The notes under the pieces: model-generated
Database searches by the model: none
Seen by the model: the letters and a program-made list of their open reading frames with translations, nothing else
Told to the model about the DNA's origin: nothing
Program-made: the position numbers and the translations under genes
Assembly (NCBI GenBank): GCA_045611965.1
Contig: JAZKYE010000062.1
Location: 443 to 64,442 of the forward strand
Length of the DNA stretch: 64,000 bases
Reading direction: 5' to 3'
Source: Eubacteriales bacterium
GTDB taxonomy: Bacteria; Bacillota; Clostridia; Oscillospirales; CAG-272
Shown here: in pieces, positions 8,826 through 17,726 of the stretch
Layout of the letters: every line of letters begins with the position of its first letter
Position numbering within the stretch: the stretch's first letter is position 1

Positions 8826-9638
8826 TTAACCTATGGTATGAGCCTCAAAATCAACGCTCTTTATGCACTTTTTTGGGCAAACCGCAACACATTCGCGGCA
8901 ACCCGTGCACTTTTCGTAATCAATAACCGCGAGGTTATTAACAACGGTAATTGCGCCGTGGGGGCAGGTCTTTTCGCACTTGCGGCAGGCAATACAGCCA
9001 ACCTTACAGATTTTATTTGCAACGGCACCCGTATCGTGGTTAGAGCAGATGACGGCCGCACGCGCAGTTCTCGGAAGAAGCGAGATAATGTGCTTCGGGC
9101 AGGTTTTAGCGCACATACCGCAGCCGATGCAGAGTCTTGAATCAACTCTTGCAACACCGTCCTTGACACATATAGCATCGACAGGGCAAACGTCTGCACA
9201 GTCGCCACAGCCAAGGCAGGAATAGACGCAGGTCTCACCGCCGCCAAATGTAAGGCAAGCCGCCTTACAGCTTCCGCAGCCGTCAACCTCCGCGCATCTC
9301 GAGGTAGCATCGTCCGTGCCGTTACAATGAACGAATGCACATACCGACACAGCATCCTCTGCCTCAACGCCAAGAGCCGCCGCGATAGCAGACGAAGCAG
9401 AAGCGCCGCCGGGAATACAGAGGTTTGTTTTTACACCGCCGCCTGCAAGCGCCTCGGCATAGCCGTCACAGCCCGTATAGCCGCACGCACCGCAGTTAGC
9501 GCCGGGAAGGCACTCACGGACACGGCTAACCGTTTCATCTACCTCAATTCCCATATAGTAGGATGCAAGTGCGAGAAGCACTGCACATACAAGTCCCGAT
9601 ACGAAGAGTATCACGATAGCAAGGATAATTTCAGTCAT
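8826..9638 (-). CDS. rnfB: Rnf electron transport complex subunit B
   Basis: N-terminal TM helix, a CGACGYTGC cluster and several CxxCxxCxxxCP ferredoxin motifs. AAGGAGG RBS. It is the last gene of the rnfCDGEAB order. Confidence 0.9.
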   Translation of the reverse strand: MTEIILAIVILFVSGLVCAVLLALASYYMGIEVDETVSRVRECLPGANCGACGYTGCDGYAEALAGGGVKTNLCIPGGASASSAIAAALGVEAEDAVSVCAFVHCNGTDDATSRCAEVDGCGSCKAACLTFGGGETCVYSCLGCGDCADVCPVDAICVKDGVARVDSRLCIGCGMCAKTCPKHIISLLPRTARAAVICSNHDTGAVANKICKVGCIACRKCEKTCPHGAITVVNNLAVIDYEKCTGCRECVAVCPKKCIKSVDFEAHTIG

Positions 9639-9650
9639 TTCTATACCTCC

Positions 9651-10265
9651 TTACACCGCGGGTACTGCGGGGAAAAGATTTTCAACGATACCGCCGAAGC
9701 CCATAAATGCAAGCGCAACTATCGACGCTGCGATAAGGGTTACGGGAAGGCCTCTGAAATGCTGGGGAATTCCGCTCTCCTCTATTCTCGAGCGGACACC
9801 TGCGAAGAGCACCATTGCAAGCAAAAATCCAAGTCCGCAGCCAAGCGCCGCGACGATGGACTCAAGGAAATTGTAGCCGTCGTTGATGTTGTTGATGGTT
9901 ACGCCGAGAACCGCACAGTTAGTGGTAATCAGAGGAAGATATACGCCAAGGCTCTTGTGAAGCGCGGGCATAAATTTCTTGAGCGCGATTTCAATAAACT
10001 GTACGAGTGCGGCAATAACGAGAATGAAGATTACCGTCTGAAGGTAACCGAGTCCCAGAGGCTCAAGAATAAGCATCTGGATAGGCCAGGTTGCGAGAGT
10101 TGCCATTATCATAACGAAGATAACCGACACACCCATACCCGTTGCCTGATCAAGCTTCTTGGATACGCCGAGGAACGGACAAATTCCAAGGAATCTTGAA
10201 AGAACGTAGTTATTGACGAGCACCGAGCTCATCAGGATTATAACAAGCGATCTGAAAAGCTCCAT
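9651..10265 (-). CDS. rnfA: Rnf complex subunit A
   Basis: 204-aa polytopic protein with LGICPFLGVS. Its ATG overlaps the rnfE stop (TAATG). Confidence 0.9.
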   Translation of the reverse strand: MELFRSLVIILMSSVLVNNYVLSRFLGICPFLGVSKKLDQATGMGVSVIFVMIMATLATWPIQMLILEPLGLGYLQTVIFILVIAALVQFIEIALKKFMPALHKSLGVYLPLITTNCAVLGVTINNINDGYNFLESIVAALGCGLGFLLAMVLFAGVRSRIEESGIPQHFRGLPVTLIAASIVALAFMGFGGIVENLFPAVPAV

Positions 10266-10984
10266 TATGCCTCGTCTCCTTTCTTTTCGTCAGCCGATGC
10301 ACACTCACACGCGCCGTGCGATTTGCAGACTGCGGCAGAGGGACAGCCCTCGCAGGAAAAGCTCTTTTTCTTGGGATATTTACCTTTGGTAACGAAGCTC
10401 GTGAGAGCTATCATAAGACCGAACACGAAGAAGCCGCCGGGTGCCTGCTGAAGGAAGGCAATCTTGAAGGGCTCAAGGAAAGGAATTGCGATACCGAAGA
10501 AGGTCGCGCTTCCAAGCACCTCGCGCACGGTTGCCATAAGAGCAAGAGCGACGGTGAAGCCAAGTCCCATTCCAAGTCCGTCGAGGACCGATTTGCCAAC
10601 AGAATTCTTGTTTGCGTACATTTCGGCACGGCCAAGAATTATACAGTTAACCGTTATCAGGGCGAGGTAGATACCAAGCAGCTCGTAAAGATCGGGAAGA
10701 TATGCGTGCATAATCATCTGAACGAGGGTTACGAATGCCGCGATAACGACGATATAGCAAGGAATACGGACGGTATCGGGAATAACCTTGCGAAGCAAGG
10801 AAATAACTGCGTTAGAGCACATAAGAACGACCATTGCGGCAAGTCCCATACTGATAGCGCCAAGAAGCGTCGTGGAAACCGCAAGGGTAGGACAGGTACC
10901 GAGAACGAGAACGAAAACGGGGTTTTCAAACAGAATACCGTTTAAGATAAGGTCTTTTGCAGAGCATTTCTTTTCCATTGTCAT
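10265..10984 (-). CDS. rnfE: Rnf complex subunit E, with a Cys-rich C-terminal tail
   Basis: Polytopic, with LGTCPTLAVS. The C-terminal tail is SCEGCPSAAVCKSHGACECASADEKKGDEA. Confidence 0.9.
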   Translation of the reverse strand: MTMEKKCSAKDLILNGILFENPVFVLVLGTCPTLAVSTTLLGAISMGLAAMVVLMCSNAVISLLRKVIPDTVRIPCYIVVIAAFVTLVQMIMHAYLPDLYELLGIYLALITVNCIILGRAEMYANKNSVGKSVLDGLGMGLGFTVALALMATVREVLGSATFFGIAIPFLEPFKIAFLQQAPGGFFVFGLMIALTSFVTKGKYPKKKSFSCEGCPSAAVCKSHGACECASADEKKGDEA

Positions 10985-11514
10985 TCTCCCTTCTCACCGA
11001 TTATTTTTGCCGCCTCAAGAGCCGCCTTTACTGCGTTTCTGTAAGCGAGGGTGGTCTTGGTGACACCCGACACCGTAGCGACAGTGTCTATTGTGCCAAG
11101 GTCAGCACCAACGGTGCTTTCACCGTAGGTCTTTTCTGCGCCGAGCGTTTCACCGCTCGCAAGGCATTTAGCGCCCCTTACGACACCGTTTTCGTCAATA
11201 CCGACGAGGATTACAAGTCCGGGGTTGAAGCCCGTGGTGGACAGCTTGAACACATATCCGCCAAGGTCGTCCGAATAGCCCTCGGTAACCGATGCGTCAA
11301 GGTCTGTGTGTGCAGTAAGGTCAAGGGCGGTAAAGTCGTTAGCGTCCGCGCGTACCTCTCTTAACGCCTTGTTCGTCGCTTCCTTTTCAGCCGCCTCGAT
11401 TACGGGGGCGGTAACAAAGTTAACAACAGCGAGAAGAAGCGCGCTTATAAGACAGATAACGGCAAGCACGATAACGCTCTTTGTGTATTTTGATTTCAAA
11501 AGATTAGCCATCAT
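10981..11514 (-). CDS. rnfG: Rnf complex subunit G (FMN-binding)
   Basis: N-terminal TM helix, and an FMN_bind-type C-terminus DTVATVSGVTKTTLAYRNAV. The motif reads SGVT where SGAT is usual. Confidence 0.85.
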   Translation of the reverse strand: MMANLLKSKYTKSVIVLAVICLISALLLAVVNFVTAPVIEAAEKEATNKALREVRADANDFTALDLTAHTDLDASVTEGYSDDLGGYVFKLSTTGFNPGLVILVGIDENGVVRGAKCLASGETLGAEKTYGESTVGADLGTIDTVATVSGVTKTTLAYRNAVKAALEAAKIIGEKGE

Positions 11515-12434
11515 TTTATCTCACCTCCAAAGGGCTTCCTTGCGGTAAGCTTATCAATATAGGGTGTGAGGATGTTCATAAGAAGAATAGCGAAGGAAAC
11601 TCCCTCGGGATATGCGCCGAAAAATCTGATAAGCGCGGTAAGAAGTCCTGCGCCTACACCGAAAACAACCTTACCAAGTCCGGTAACGGGTGTTGTCGAA
11701 TAGTCGGTCGCCATAAAGAACGCACCGATGACAAGTCCTCCCGAAAGAACCCACGCAAGAGCGCCCGTGAAGCTGAAGCCCTCTGCGATAAGCGAGAGGA
11801 CGAACACGGTCGCGATGTAGCAAACGGGGGTGTGCCACGAGATAACGCGTCTTACGAGAAGGTAGATACCGCCGAGAAGAAGCGCGGCAATACAAACCTC
11901 ACCGATAGCGCCACCCTTGTTTCCGATAAAAAGCGAGAGAAGGTCAACCGACTCACCGTTAGCAAGAAGCGTAAGGGGTGTCGCGCCTGCAACTGCATCC
12001 CATACGGGTGCGGTTGCTTTAGCAACCTCTGAAAAGGCGATTATCATAAAAATTCTTGCGGTAATCGCGGGGTTTGCGAAGTTTCTGCCAATTCCGCCGA
12101 AGATGCACTTGACGAAGATTACGGCAAATACTGCGCCAACAACTCCCTGCCATACGGGAACGGATGCAGGAAGATTAAGAGCAAGAAGAAGTCCCGTTAC
12201 AGCCGCGCTTAAATCACCTGCGGTGTTGGCGGTCTTGGTTATCTTGCAGTAAACGTACTCTGCGAGAACAGCCGCGGCAGTAGTCGCAACAGTAAGGAAG
12301 AGCGCACTCCAGCCGAAGATGAAGCAACCCGCGAGCGCCGCAGGCATAAGGGCGATAAGCACGTCAAGCATTATCGACTGCGTCGTCCTCGGCGTCGCTA
12401 TGTGCGGTGACACCGACATATGAAGATTTGACAT
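11511..12434 (-). CDS. rnfD: Rnf complex subunit D
   Basis: 307-aa polytopic protein with WDAVAGATPLT, the GATPL flavinylation region of the RnfD/NqrB family. Confidence 0.9.
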   Translation of the reverse strand: MSNLHMSVSPHIATPRTTQSIMLDVLIALMPAALAGCFIFGWSALFLTVATTAAAVLAEYVYCKITKTANTAGDLSAAVTGLLLALNLPASVPVWQGVVGAVFAVIFVKCIFGGIGRNFANPAITARIFMIIAFSEVAKATAPVWDAVAGATPLTLLANGESVDLLSLFIGNKGGAIGEVCIAALLLGGIYLLVRRVISWHTPVCYIATVFVLSLIAEGFSFTGALAWVLSGGLVIGAFFMATDYSTTPVTGLGKVVFGVGAGLLTALIRFFGAYPEGVSFAILLMNILTPYIDKLTARKPFGGEIK

Positions 12435-13747
12435 TATTTACCGTCTCCCTTCTTCATCGCTTCCTCACGCAAAAGTGCCTTGGAAAGCTTATTATTCTCA
12501 ACGAGCTTCTGCCCTGCGGGACAAACGAACGAGCAGCATCCGCACTCCATACAGATGTCAACGCGAAGCTTGGCAAGCGTTTCGGTATCGCCCGCCTTGT
12601 AGGCTCTCATATAAGCCGCAGGATTGAGCGAGAAGGGACAGTGCTTTGCACACGAGCCGCATCTGATGCACGCGGTTTCGGGCTTGGGCGCTGCGTCCTT
12701 TTCGTCAAAAGCAATAATGGCGTTGGTGTTTTTCATAATAGGCGTGTCAAGAGTAGGAACGGCAATTCCCATCATAGGACCGCCGAGAAGAACCTTCTTC
12801 GGCTCGCTCTTGAAGCCGCCTGCAAACTCGTAAACCTCGGAAATCTTTGTTCCAATAGGAACAATTACATTCTTGGGCTCACGCACAGCGCTTCCGTCAA
12901 CGGTAACGCACTTGGATATAAGGGGCATACCCGTGCTGATATAGTTACCGATAGCACCGAGGGTGGTTACGTTGCAGACGATGCAACCGACGTCAAGCGG
13001 AAGCTTTCCCGCAGGAATAACCTTACCGGTCGAGTGATATACGAGCACCTTTTCTCCGCCCTGCGGATAAAGCGATTTGAGCACCTTAACCTGAATTCTC
13101 GCATCCTCTTCAAGAGTACGCATAGCGCGGATGGCCTCGGGCTTATTATCCTCAATACCTATGATAACGCGTCCGATGTCGATATACCTCAGGATGTAGT
13201 CGAGAGCTCGCTTGATGTCCGCAGTCTTATCAATCATAGTGCGTGTGTCGCTCGTGATGTAGGGCTCACACTCCGCGCCGTTGACGATAAGCTCGTCCAC
13301 GTGCTTACCCTCGGGGGTATTAAACTTAACGTAGGTCGGGAAGCCTGCGCCTCCAAGACCAACAGTACCCGCATTCTTAATAGCCTCGATAAGTGATTCC
13401 TTCGAATCAACCACGGGGACTTTTATTTCGGGGTCGGGCGTCATCTCGCCGTCTGACTTGATTACGACGGCAGTACCCTTAGTGCCGTTTGATAAAAGGA
13501 TTTCCTCAAGCTTAAGGACGGTGCCCGATACGCTTGAATAAATCGGTGCGCTGACAAAGCCGCTCTGTGCGCCGATAAGCGTGCCGACGAAAACCTTGTC
13601 ACCCGTCTTTACGACAGGGTCGGCAGGCTTACCGATGTGCATCGACATCGGTATCGTCACCGTCTCGGGCGGTGTCATTCTGACAGGCTTCATCAATGCC
13701 GTATTTTTACGGTGCGGCACGTGAACTCCGTGTAGAGAAAAAAACAT
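12434..13747 (-). CDS. rnfC: Rnf complex subunit C
   Basis: Contains GLGGAGFPT and two ferredoxin motifs (CIRCGSCAKHCP, CMECGCCSFVCP). AGGAAGGAAG RBS. Confidence 0.9.
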   Translation of the reverse strand: MFFSLHGVHVPHRKNTALMKPVRMTPPETVTIPMSMHIGKPADPVVKTGDKVFVGTLIGAQSGFVSAPIYSSVSGTVLKLEEILLSNGTKGTAVVIKSDGEMTPDPEIKVPVVDSKESLIEAIKNAGTVGLGGAGFPTYVKFNTPEGKHVDELIVNGAECEPYITSDTRTMIDKTADIKRALDYILRYIDIGRVIIGIEDNKPEAIRAMRTLEEDARIQVKVLKSLYPQGGEKVLVYHSTGKVIPAGKLPLDVGCIVCNVTTLGAIGNYISTGMPLISKCVTVDGSAVREPKNVIVPIGTKISEVYEFAGGFKSEPKKVLLGGPMMGIAVPTLDTPIMKNTNAIIAFDEKDAAPKPETACIRCGSCAKHCPFSLNPAAYMRAYKAGDTETLAKLRVDICMECGCCSFVCPAGQKLVENNKLSKALLREEAMKKGDGK

Positions 13748-13779
13748 AGTGTTCTTCCTTCCTATAAAAATTATAGATA

Positions 13780-13809
13780 AATTATATAATATGTCCTAAT
13801 AAATGTCAA
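13780..13809 (-). promoter_or_regulatory. Sigma-A type promoter of the rnf operon
   Basis: The minus strand reads TTGACA (13809-13804), an 18-nt spacer, then TATAAT (13785-13780). It lies about 35 nt upstream of the rnfC ATG. Confidence 0.6.
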
Positions 13810-13882
13810 GTAGAACTTTTTTGTGCAAGATATCCAATATTTATACCCTGAAATTTGTTTAATATTTAACAAGCTCTTACGC

Positions 13883-13937
13883 AAAAGAAAAAGCAAGACA
13901 AATTTGTGGCACAGATTTTCTGTGTCAAGCGTCTTGC
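13883..13937 (-). terminator. Rho-independent terminator after the aldo/keto reductase gene
   Basis: GCAAGAC (13893-13899) pairs with GTCTTGC (13931-13937), and there is an inner CACAG/CTGTG stem. TTTTTCTTTT follows on the minus strand. Confidence 0.6.
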
Positions 13938-13991
13938 TTTTAGTTTGTGATTATGTTTAAAATCGGGGTTATATGTAAACAACTATTTTCA

Positions 13992-15017
13992 TTATATGGT
14001 TGTTTTGCCTGAAATTATGTTTTTGTAGTCCTCGAGATTTTTGCGAAGAAGGCTTGGCGTATCAAGCCCGTACGGGCATTTTGAAGCGCACCTATTACAG
14101 CCTATGCAGTCCTCGATAAGAAGCATTTTCTTCTGCCACTCGTCGGTAAGATAGGGTGCTGACGGCGAGCGTCTGATAAGCTGTGACATTCTTGCGGAAT
14201 TGTTGATTTCGATACCGACAGGGCACGGCATACAGTAGCCGCATCCACGGCAAAATCCACCGACGAGCTCTTTCCTGTCAGCCATAATTCTGCCCCACAT
14301 CTCATCGTCGAGAACTATCTCTTCTTTGCCGAGGGCGAGAAATTCATCAAGCTCCGAACGCCTTTGGACACCCCATATAGGAAGAACGTTATCGTAAGCG
14401 CACATCCACGCATACGCAAGTCTTGCGTTGTTTATAAGTCCGCCTGAAAGTCCCTTCATCGCGATAAAGCCGACTTCCCTTTCCTTACAGAGCTTCACTA
14501 TCTCAATATCGTTCTCGGTCGCAAGATAGCAGAATGGAAACTGAAGCGTTTCGTAAAGCCCAGAGGTGACCGCCTCGCGCGCTACGTCGGGGCGGTGCGC
14601 GGTGATACCGATATGTCTGACGAGCCCCTGACGCTTGGCATCAAGCATAGCCTCGTACATTCCCGTGCCGTCATCGGGTCTTGGCATAACCGCGGGGTTA
14701 TGGAATTGGTAAATATCAATACGGTCGGTTTTGAGAAGCTCAAGGCTCGTATGCAGGTCTCGAATAAAGCCCTCCTTATCCTTTGAGTGGGATTTGGTTG
14801 CTATTGTGATTTTATCCCTGACCGAGCTTAATGCAATACCGATTTTCTTTTCGCTGTCGGTGTACATTCTCGCCGTGTCAAAGAAGGTAATTCCCTCGTC
14901 GTACGCATGACAGAGAAGCTCGCAGGCATCCTTTTCGCTTATTCTTTGTATGGGAAGCGCGCCAAAGGCGTTCTTCGGGGATACTATACCCGTTTTTCCA
15001 AGTGTTACAGCTTTCAT
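13992..15017 (-). CDS. Aldo/keto reductase with a C-terminal 4Fe-4S binding extension
   Basis: MKAVTLGKTGIVSPKNAFGALPIQR is an AKR-type N-terminus. The C-terminus carries CRGCGYCMPCP and CIGCNRCASKCP. I prefer the start at 15017, which has GAGGAA 4 nt upstream, over the ORF-track start at 15059. Confidence 0.8.
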   Translation of the reverse strand: MKAVTLGKTGIVSPKNAFGALPIQRISEKDACELLCHAYDEGITFFDTARMYTDSEKKIGIALSSVRDKITIATKSHSKDKEGFIRDLHTSLELLKTDRIDIYQFHNPAVMPRPDDGTGMYEAMLDAKRQGLVRHIGITAHRPDVAREAVTSGLYETLQFPFCYLATENDIEIVKLCKEREVGFIAMKGLSGGLINNARLAYAWMCAYDNVLPIWGVQRRSELDEFLALGKEEIVLDDEMWGRIMADRKELVGGFCRGCGYCMPCPVGIEINNSARMSQLIRRSPSAPYLTDEWQKKMLLIEDCIGCNRCASKCPYGLDTPSLLRKNLEDYKNIISGKTTI

Positions 15018-15092
15018 CGTTTCCTCATTCTGCCACGGCCGGCGGCTGATTTTATTCAAAGAGTAATACAGTGCTTACAGCAAGCATTAAAA

Positions 15093-16118
15093 TCAAAGTA
15101 TTTTCGCAAGAGCGTCAATCTCTTCCTTCGTCGTGGCAAAGCTGGTGGCAAATCTCACGACGAGTCTTTCGTCATCAATGCGCTCCCAGAAGCTCATCTT
15201 GACCTCAGCAGAGAGCCTTTCGTACTGCTCATTCGTTAAAATTACGAACTGTTGGTTGGTGGGTGAATCAAGGAACATTTCATAGCCACGGGATTTAAGA
15301 AGCGCAACAAGCTCGCTCGCGCGCTCGATGGCATTTCTGCTTATCTGATAGTAGAGCCCGTCCTTGAAGAGCGTGTAGAACTGAACACCGAAGAGTCTGC
15401 CCTTTGCCACCATAGCGCCGTGCTGCTTGGTAAGACTCCAGAAGCGTTCAGGTGCGCCACCTCTCGGATAAACAACCGCTTCACCGCAAAGTGCGCCAAC
15501 CTTGGTGCCACCGATATAGAACACATCGCAAAGCTCTGCAAGGTCGGCAAGGGCAACGTCAGTATCCTCGGCACAAAGTCCGTAGCCGAGGCGAGCGCCG
15601 TCAACAAAAAGCTTCATTGAGTATTCGTCGCATACGGCACGAAGAGCCTCGAGCTCTGAACGGGTATAGAGCGTGCCGTACTCGGTGGGGTGAGAGACGT
15701 AAATCATTCCGGGGACAACCATCATTACGTTGTTCTCGTCGCCGGAAAAGGTTTTCATATAGCTGCGTACTGCATCAATATCAATTTTTCCGAAATGCTG
15801 GGGCAGCTCAATGACCTTGTGTCCTGTATATTCGATAGCGCCAACCTCGTGAAGCGATACGTGTCCTGTGGTCGGGGCGATTACACCCTCGTAGGCTTTA
15901 AGCGCGGTTGCGATAACCGTCTTGTTTGCCTGCGTGCCACCCGTAAGGAAGAAAACATCGGCAAGCGGATCTCTGCACTCTGCGCGGATAAGCTCTTCTG
16001 CGCTTTTGGTGTAGAAATCTCTGCCATAGCCGGACAGACTTTCATCGTTAGTGTCGATAAGCGCCTTGAGAATTTCAGGATGCGCGCCCTTTATGTAATC
16101 ACTTTCAAAATTAAGCAT
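15093..16118 (-). CDS. ltaE: Low-specificity L-threonine aldolase / PLP-dependent beta-eliminating lyase family
   Basis: MLNFESDYIKGAHPEILKALIDTN...FLTGGTQAN...FVDGARLGY fits this family. The true start is the ATG at 16118 with a GGAGA RBS. The 91 codons upstream in the ORF track look like AT-rich non-coding sequence. Confidence 0.75.
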   Translation of the reverse strand: MLNFESDYIKGAHPEILKALIDTNDESLSGYGRDFYTKSAEELIRAECRDPLADVFFLTGGTQANKTVIATALKAYEGVIAPTTGHVSLHEVGAIEYTGHKVIELPQHFGKIDIDAVRSYMKTFSGDENNVMMVVPGMIYVSHPTEYGTLYTRSELEALRAVCDEYSMKLFVDGARLGYGLCAEDTDVALADLAELCDVFYIGGTKVGALCGEAVVYPRGGAPERFWSLTKQHGAMVAKGRLFGVQFYTLFKDGLYYQISRNAIERASELVALLKSRGYEMFLDSPTNQQFVILTNEQYERLSAEVKMSFWERIDDERLVVRFATSFATTKEEIDALAKIL

Positions 16119-16156
16119 ATTTGTTCTCCGTTTACAAAGATAAAATTTACTTTTAT

Positions 16157-16186
16157 ATTCTAACATACTCAACACGCGCGTGTCAA
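16157..16186 (-). promoter_or_regulatory. Sigma-A type promoter of the threonine aldolase gene
   Basis: The minus strand reads TTGACA (16186-16181), an 18-nt spacer, then TAGAAT (16162-16157). Confidence 0.5.
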
Positions 16187-16673
16187 GGCTGCATATAAAA
16201 AGTTGACAAAAGCCGAAAGTTGTCAAAAATGTAAGAAAAACCAACAAAAACCGCAAAAATACAGCCCTTGGATTTAAAAAAACAAAGAAGTGCTCATTAT
16301 TAAAACTTATACCTGATATAAGCCATATTAGGATATTTTTCGATATTTTCCATAGCTTGACCGCGGCAAGCAAGCAGGCAAGGCGGCGCACGGCTAAATA
16401 ATTCGCTTCACCACGAATAAAATTTGCATAACTAACAAAAAAGACAAATATTTATACAAATAATTGTAAGATTTATGCAATTGTAACATTATGGGTTGAC
16501 TTTTACTCTTTAATATGTTAAAATATTTACTATATTGCGCGTGATATTATTATTTTATGGTCTATAAGTAGGCTTGGGGCTATGAATTTTCGCCACCTAC
16601 TCTTCATCTGACACAATATTTATTACCGCGCATTAACCCGATTTCGGGTAAAAAAGCAAAAGAGGTATAGAAA

Positions 16674-17717
16674 ATGGATGCACAAAACAACACACCCAGC
16701 TTCAAGGCTTCCTGCTCTTCCTTCTTCGGCAAGGTATGGGCATCGCTGAAGAAGGCGGCAATGTGCACGTGGGGCTGGTTAACTTCCAAGACGGGAATGT
16801 ACGTCGTGAAAAGACTTGGTCTTGCACTGCTCACGGTTTGGGTAGTTATCACCGTAACCTTCTTCGTAATGCACGCAGTTCCCGGCGGACCGTTCCTTGG
16901 CGAGAAGGCAATCTCCGAGGAAGCGCAGGCAGCACTCGAAGCAAAGTACGGACTTGACGAGCCGCTTATCGTACAGTACTTCAAGTATCTTGGCGATATA
17001 GTTTTCAAATTTGATTTCGGTCCTTCGCTCAAGCAGCGCGGAAGAACGGTTATCAACGTAATCGCAGACGGACTTGCCACGTCGGCAAAGCTTGGTATCA
17101 TCGCAGCGTTCCTCGCTCTTTGTGCAGGCGTTGTGCTTGGCTCGATTGCGGCACTCAAGAGAAACAAGCTTATCGACAGAATTATAATGGTGGTGACGAC
17201 AGCCTTCGTATCAATGCCGTCGTTCATAATGGGTACGCTACTGCTGCTCGTGTTCTCATCGACACTCGGATGGTTCCCTGCTAACGGCTCGGCTGACGCA
17301 GGCGCGGCAGGTCTTGTTCTTCCCATAATCACCCTCTCGCTTTATCCTACGGCTTATATCACAAGACTTACCCGCTCGTCGATGCTCGACGTTCTCGGTC
17401 AGGACTATATCCGTACTGCTAAGGCAAAGGGTGTATCAGGCACGAAGATTATCTTCGGTCACGCACTTAAAAACTCGCTTATTCCCGTAATCACCTACTT
17501 TGGTCCTATGCTTGCGTACATAGTTACGGGCTCACTCGTTGTTGAGCAGATTTTTGCAGTTCCCGGAATTGGACGCGCATTTGTCAGCAGCATTACCAAC
17601 AGAGATTACCCCCTTATTATGGGTACTACGATTATACTTTCGCTTCTCGTTGTTATTATGAACTTTGTCGGGGATATTCTCTACAAGGTTGTTGACCCGA
17701 GAATCAGCCTTGAGTAA
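16674..17717 (+). CDS. oppB: Oligopeptide/dipeptide ABC transporter permease (OppB/DppB type)
   Basis: YVVKRLGLALLTVWVVITVTFFVMHAVPGGPF and IRTAKAKG are hallmarks of this type. An AGAGG RBS precedes 16674, giving an N-terminal extension of about 40 aa over typical OppB. Confidence 0.85.
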   Translation: MDAQNNTPSFKASCSSFFGKVWASLKKAAMCTWGWLTSKTGMYVVKRLGLALLTVWVVITVTFFVMHAVPGGPFLGEKAISEEAQAALEAKYGLDEPLIVQYFKYLGDIVFKFDFGPSLKQRGRTVINVIADGLATSAKLGIIAAFLALCAGVVLGSIAALKRNKLIDRIIMVVTTAFVSMPSFIMGTLLLLVFSSTLGWFPANGSADAGAAGLVLPIITLSLYPTAYITRLTRSSMLDVLGQDYIRTAKAKGVSGTKIIFGHALKNSLIPVITYFGPMLAYIVTGSLVVEQIFAVPGIGRAFVSSITNRDYPLIMGTTIILSLLVVIMNFVGDILYKVVDPRISLE

Positions 17718-17726
17718 TAGAAAGGA

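Noticed and set aside
9327-13396. Long plus-strand ORFs 9327-10199 (290 aa) and 12407-13396 (329 aa), plus other plus-strand ORFs inside the rnf genes
   Set aside because: They are antisense to rnfB/rnfA and rnfC, whose products carry diagnostic motifs. There are no RBSs and the composition is implausible.
16119-16391. N-terminal 91-codon extension of the threonine aldolase ORF (ORF-track start at 16391)
   Set aside because: The extension is AT-rich and Phe/Leu-rich, and it covers the gene's own TTGACA-18-TAGAAT promoter. Homology-like sequence begins at MLNFESDY, which has a GGAGA RBS.
16604-17332. 242-aa minus-strand ORF overlapping oppB
   Set aside because: It is antisense to a canonical OppB permease. 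Its apparent start lies in the opp 5' UTR and it has no RBS.
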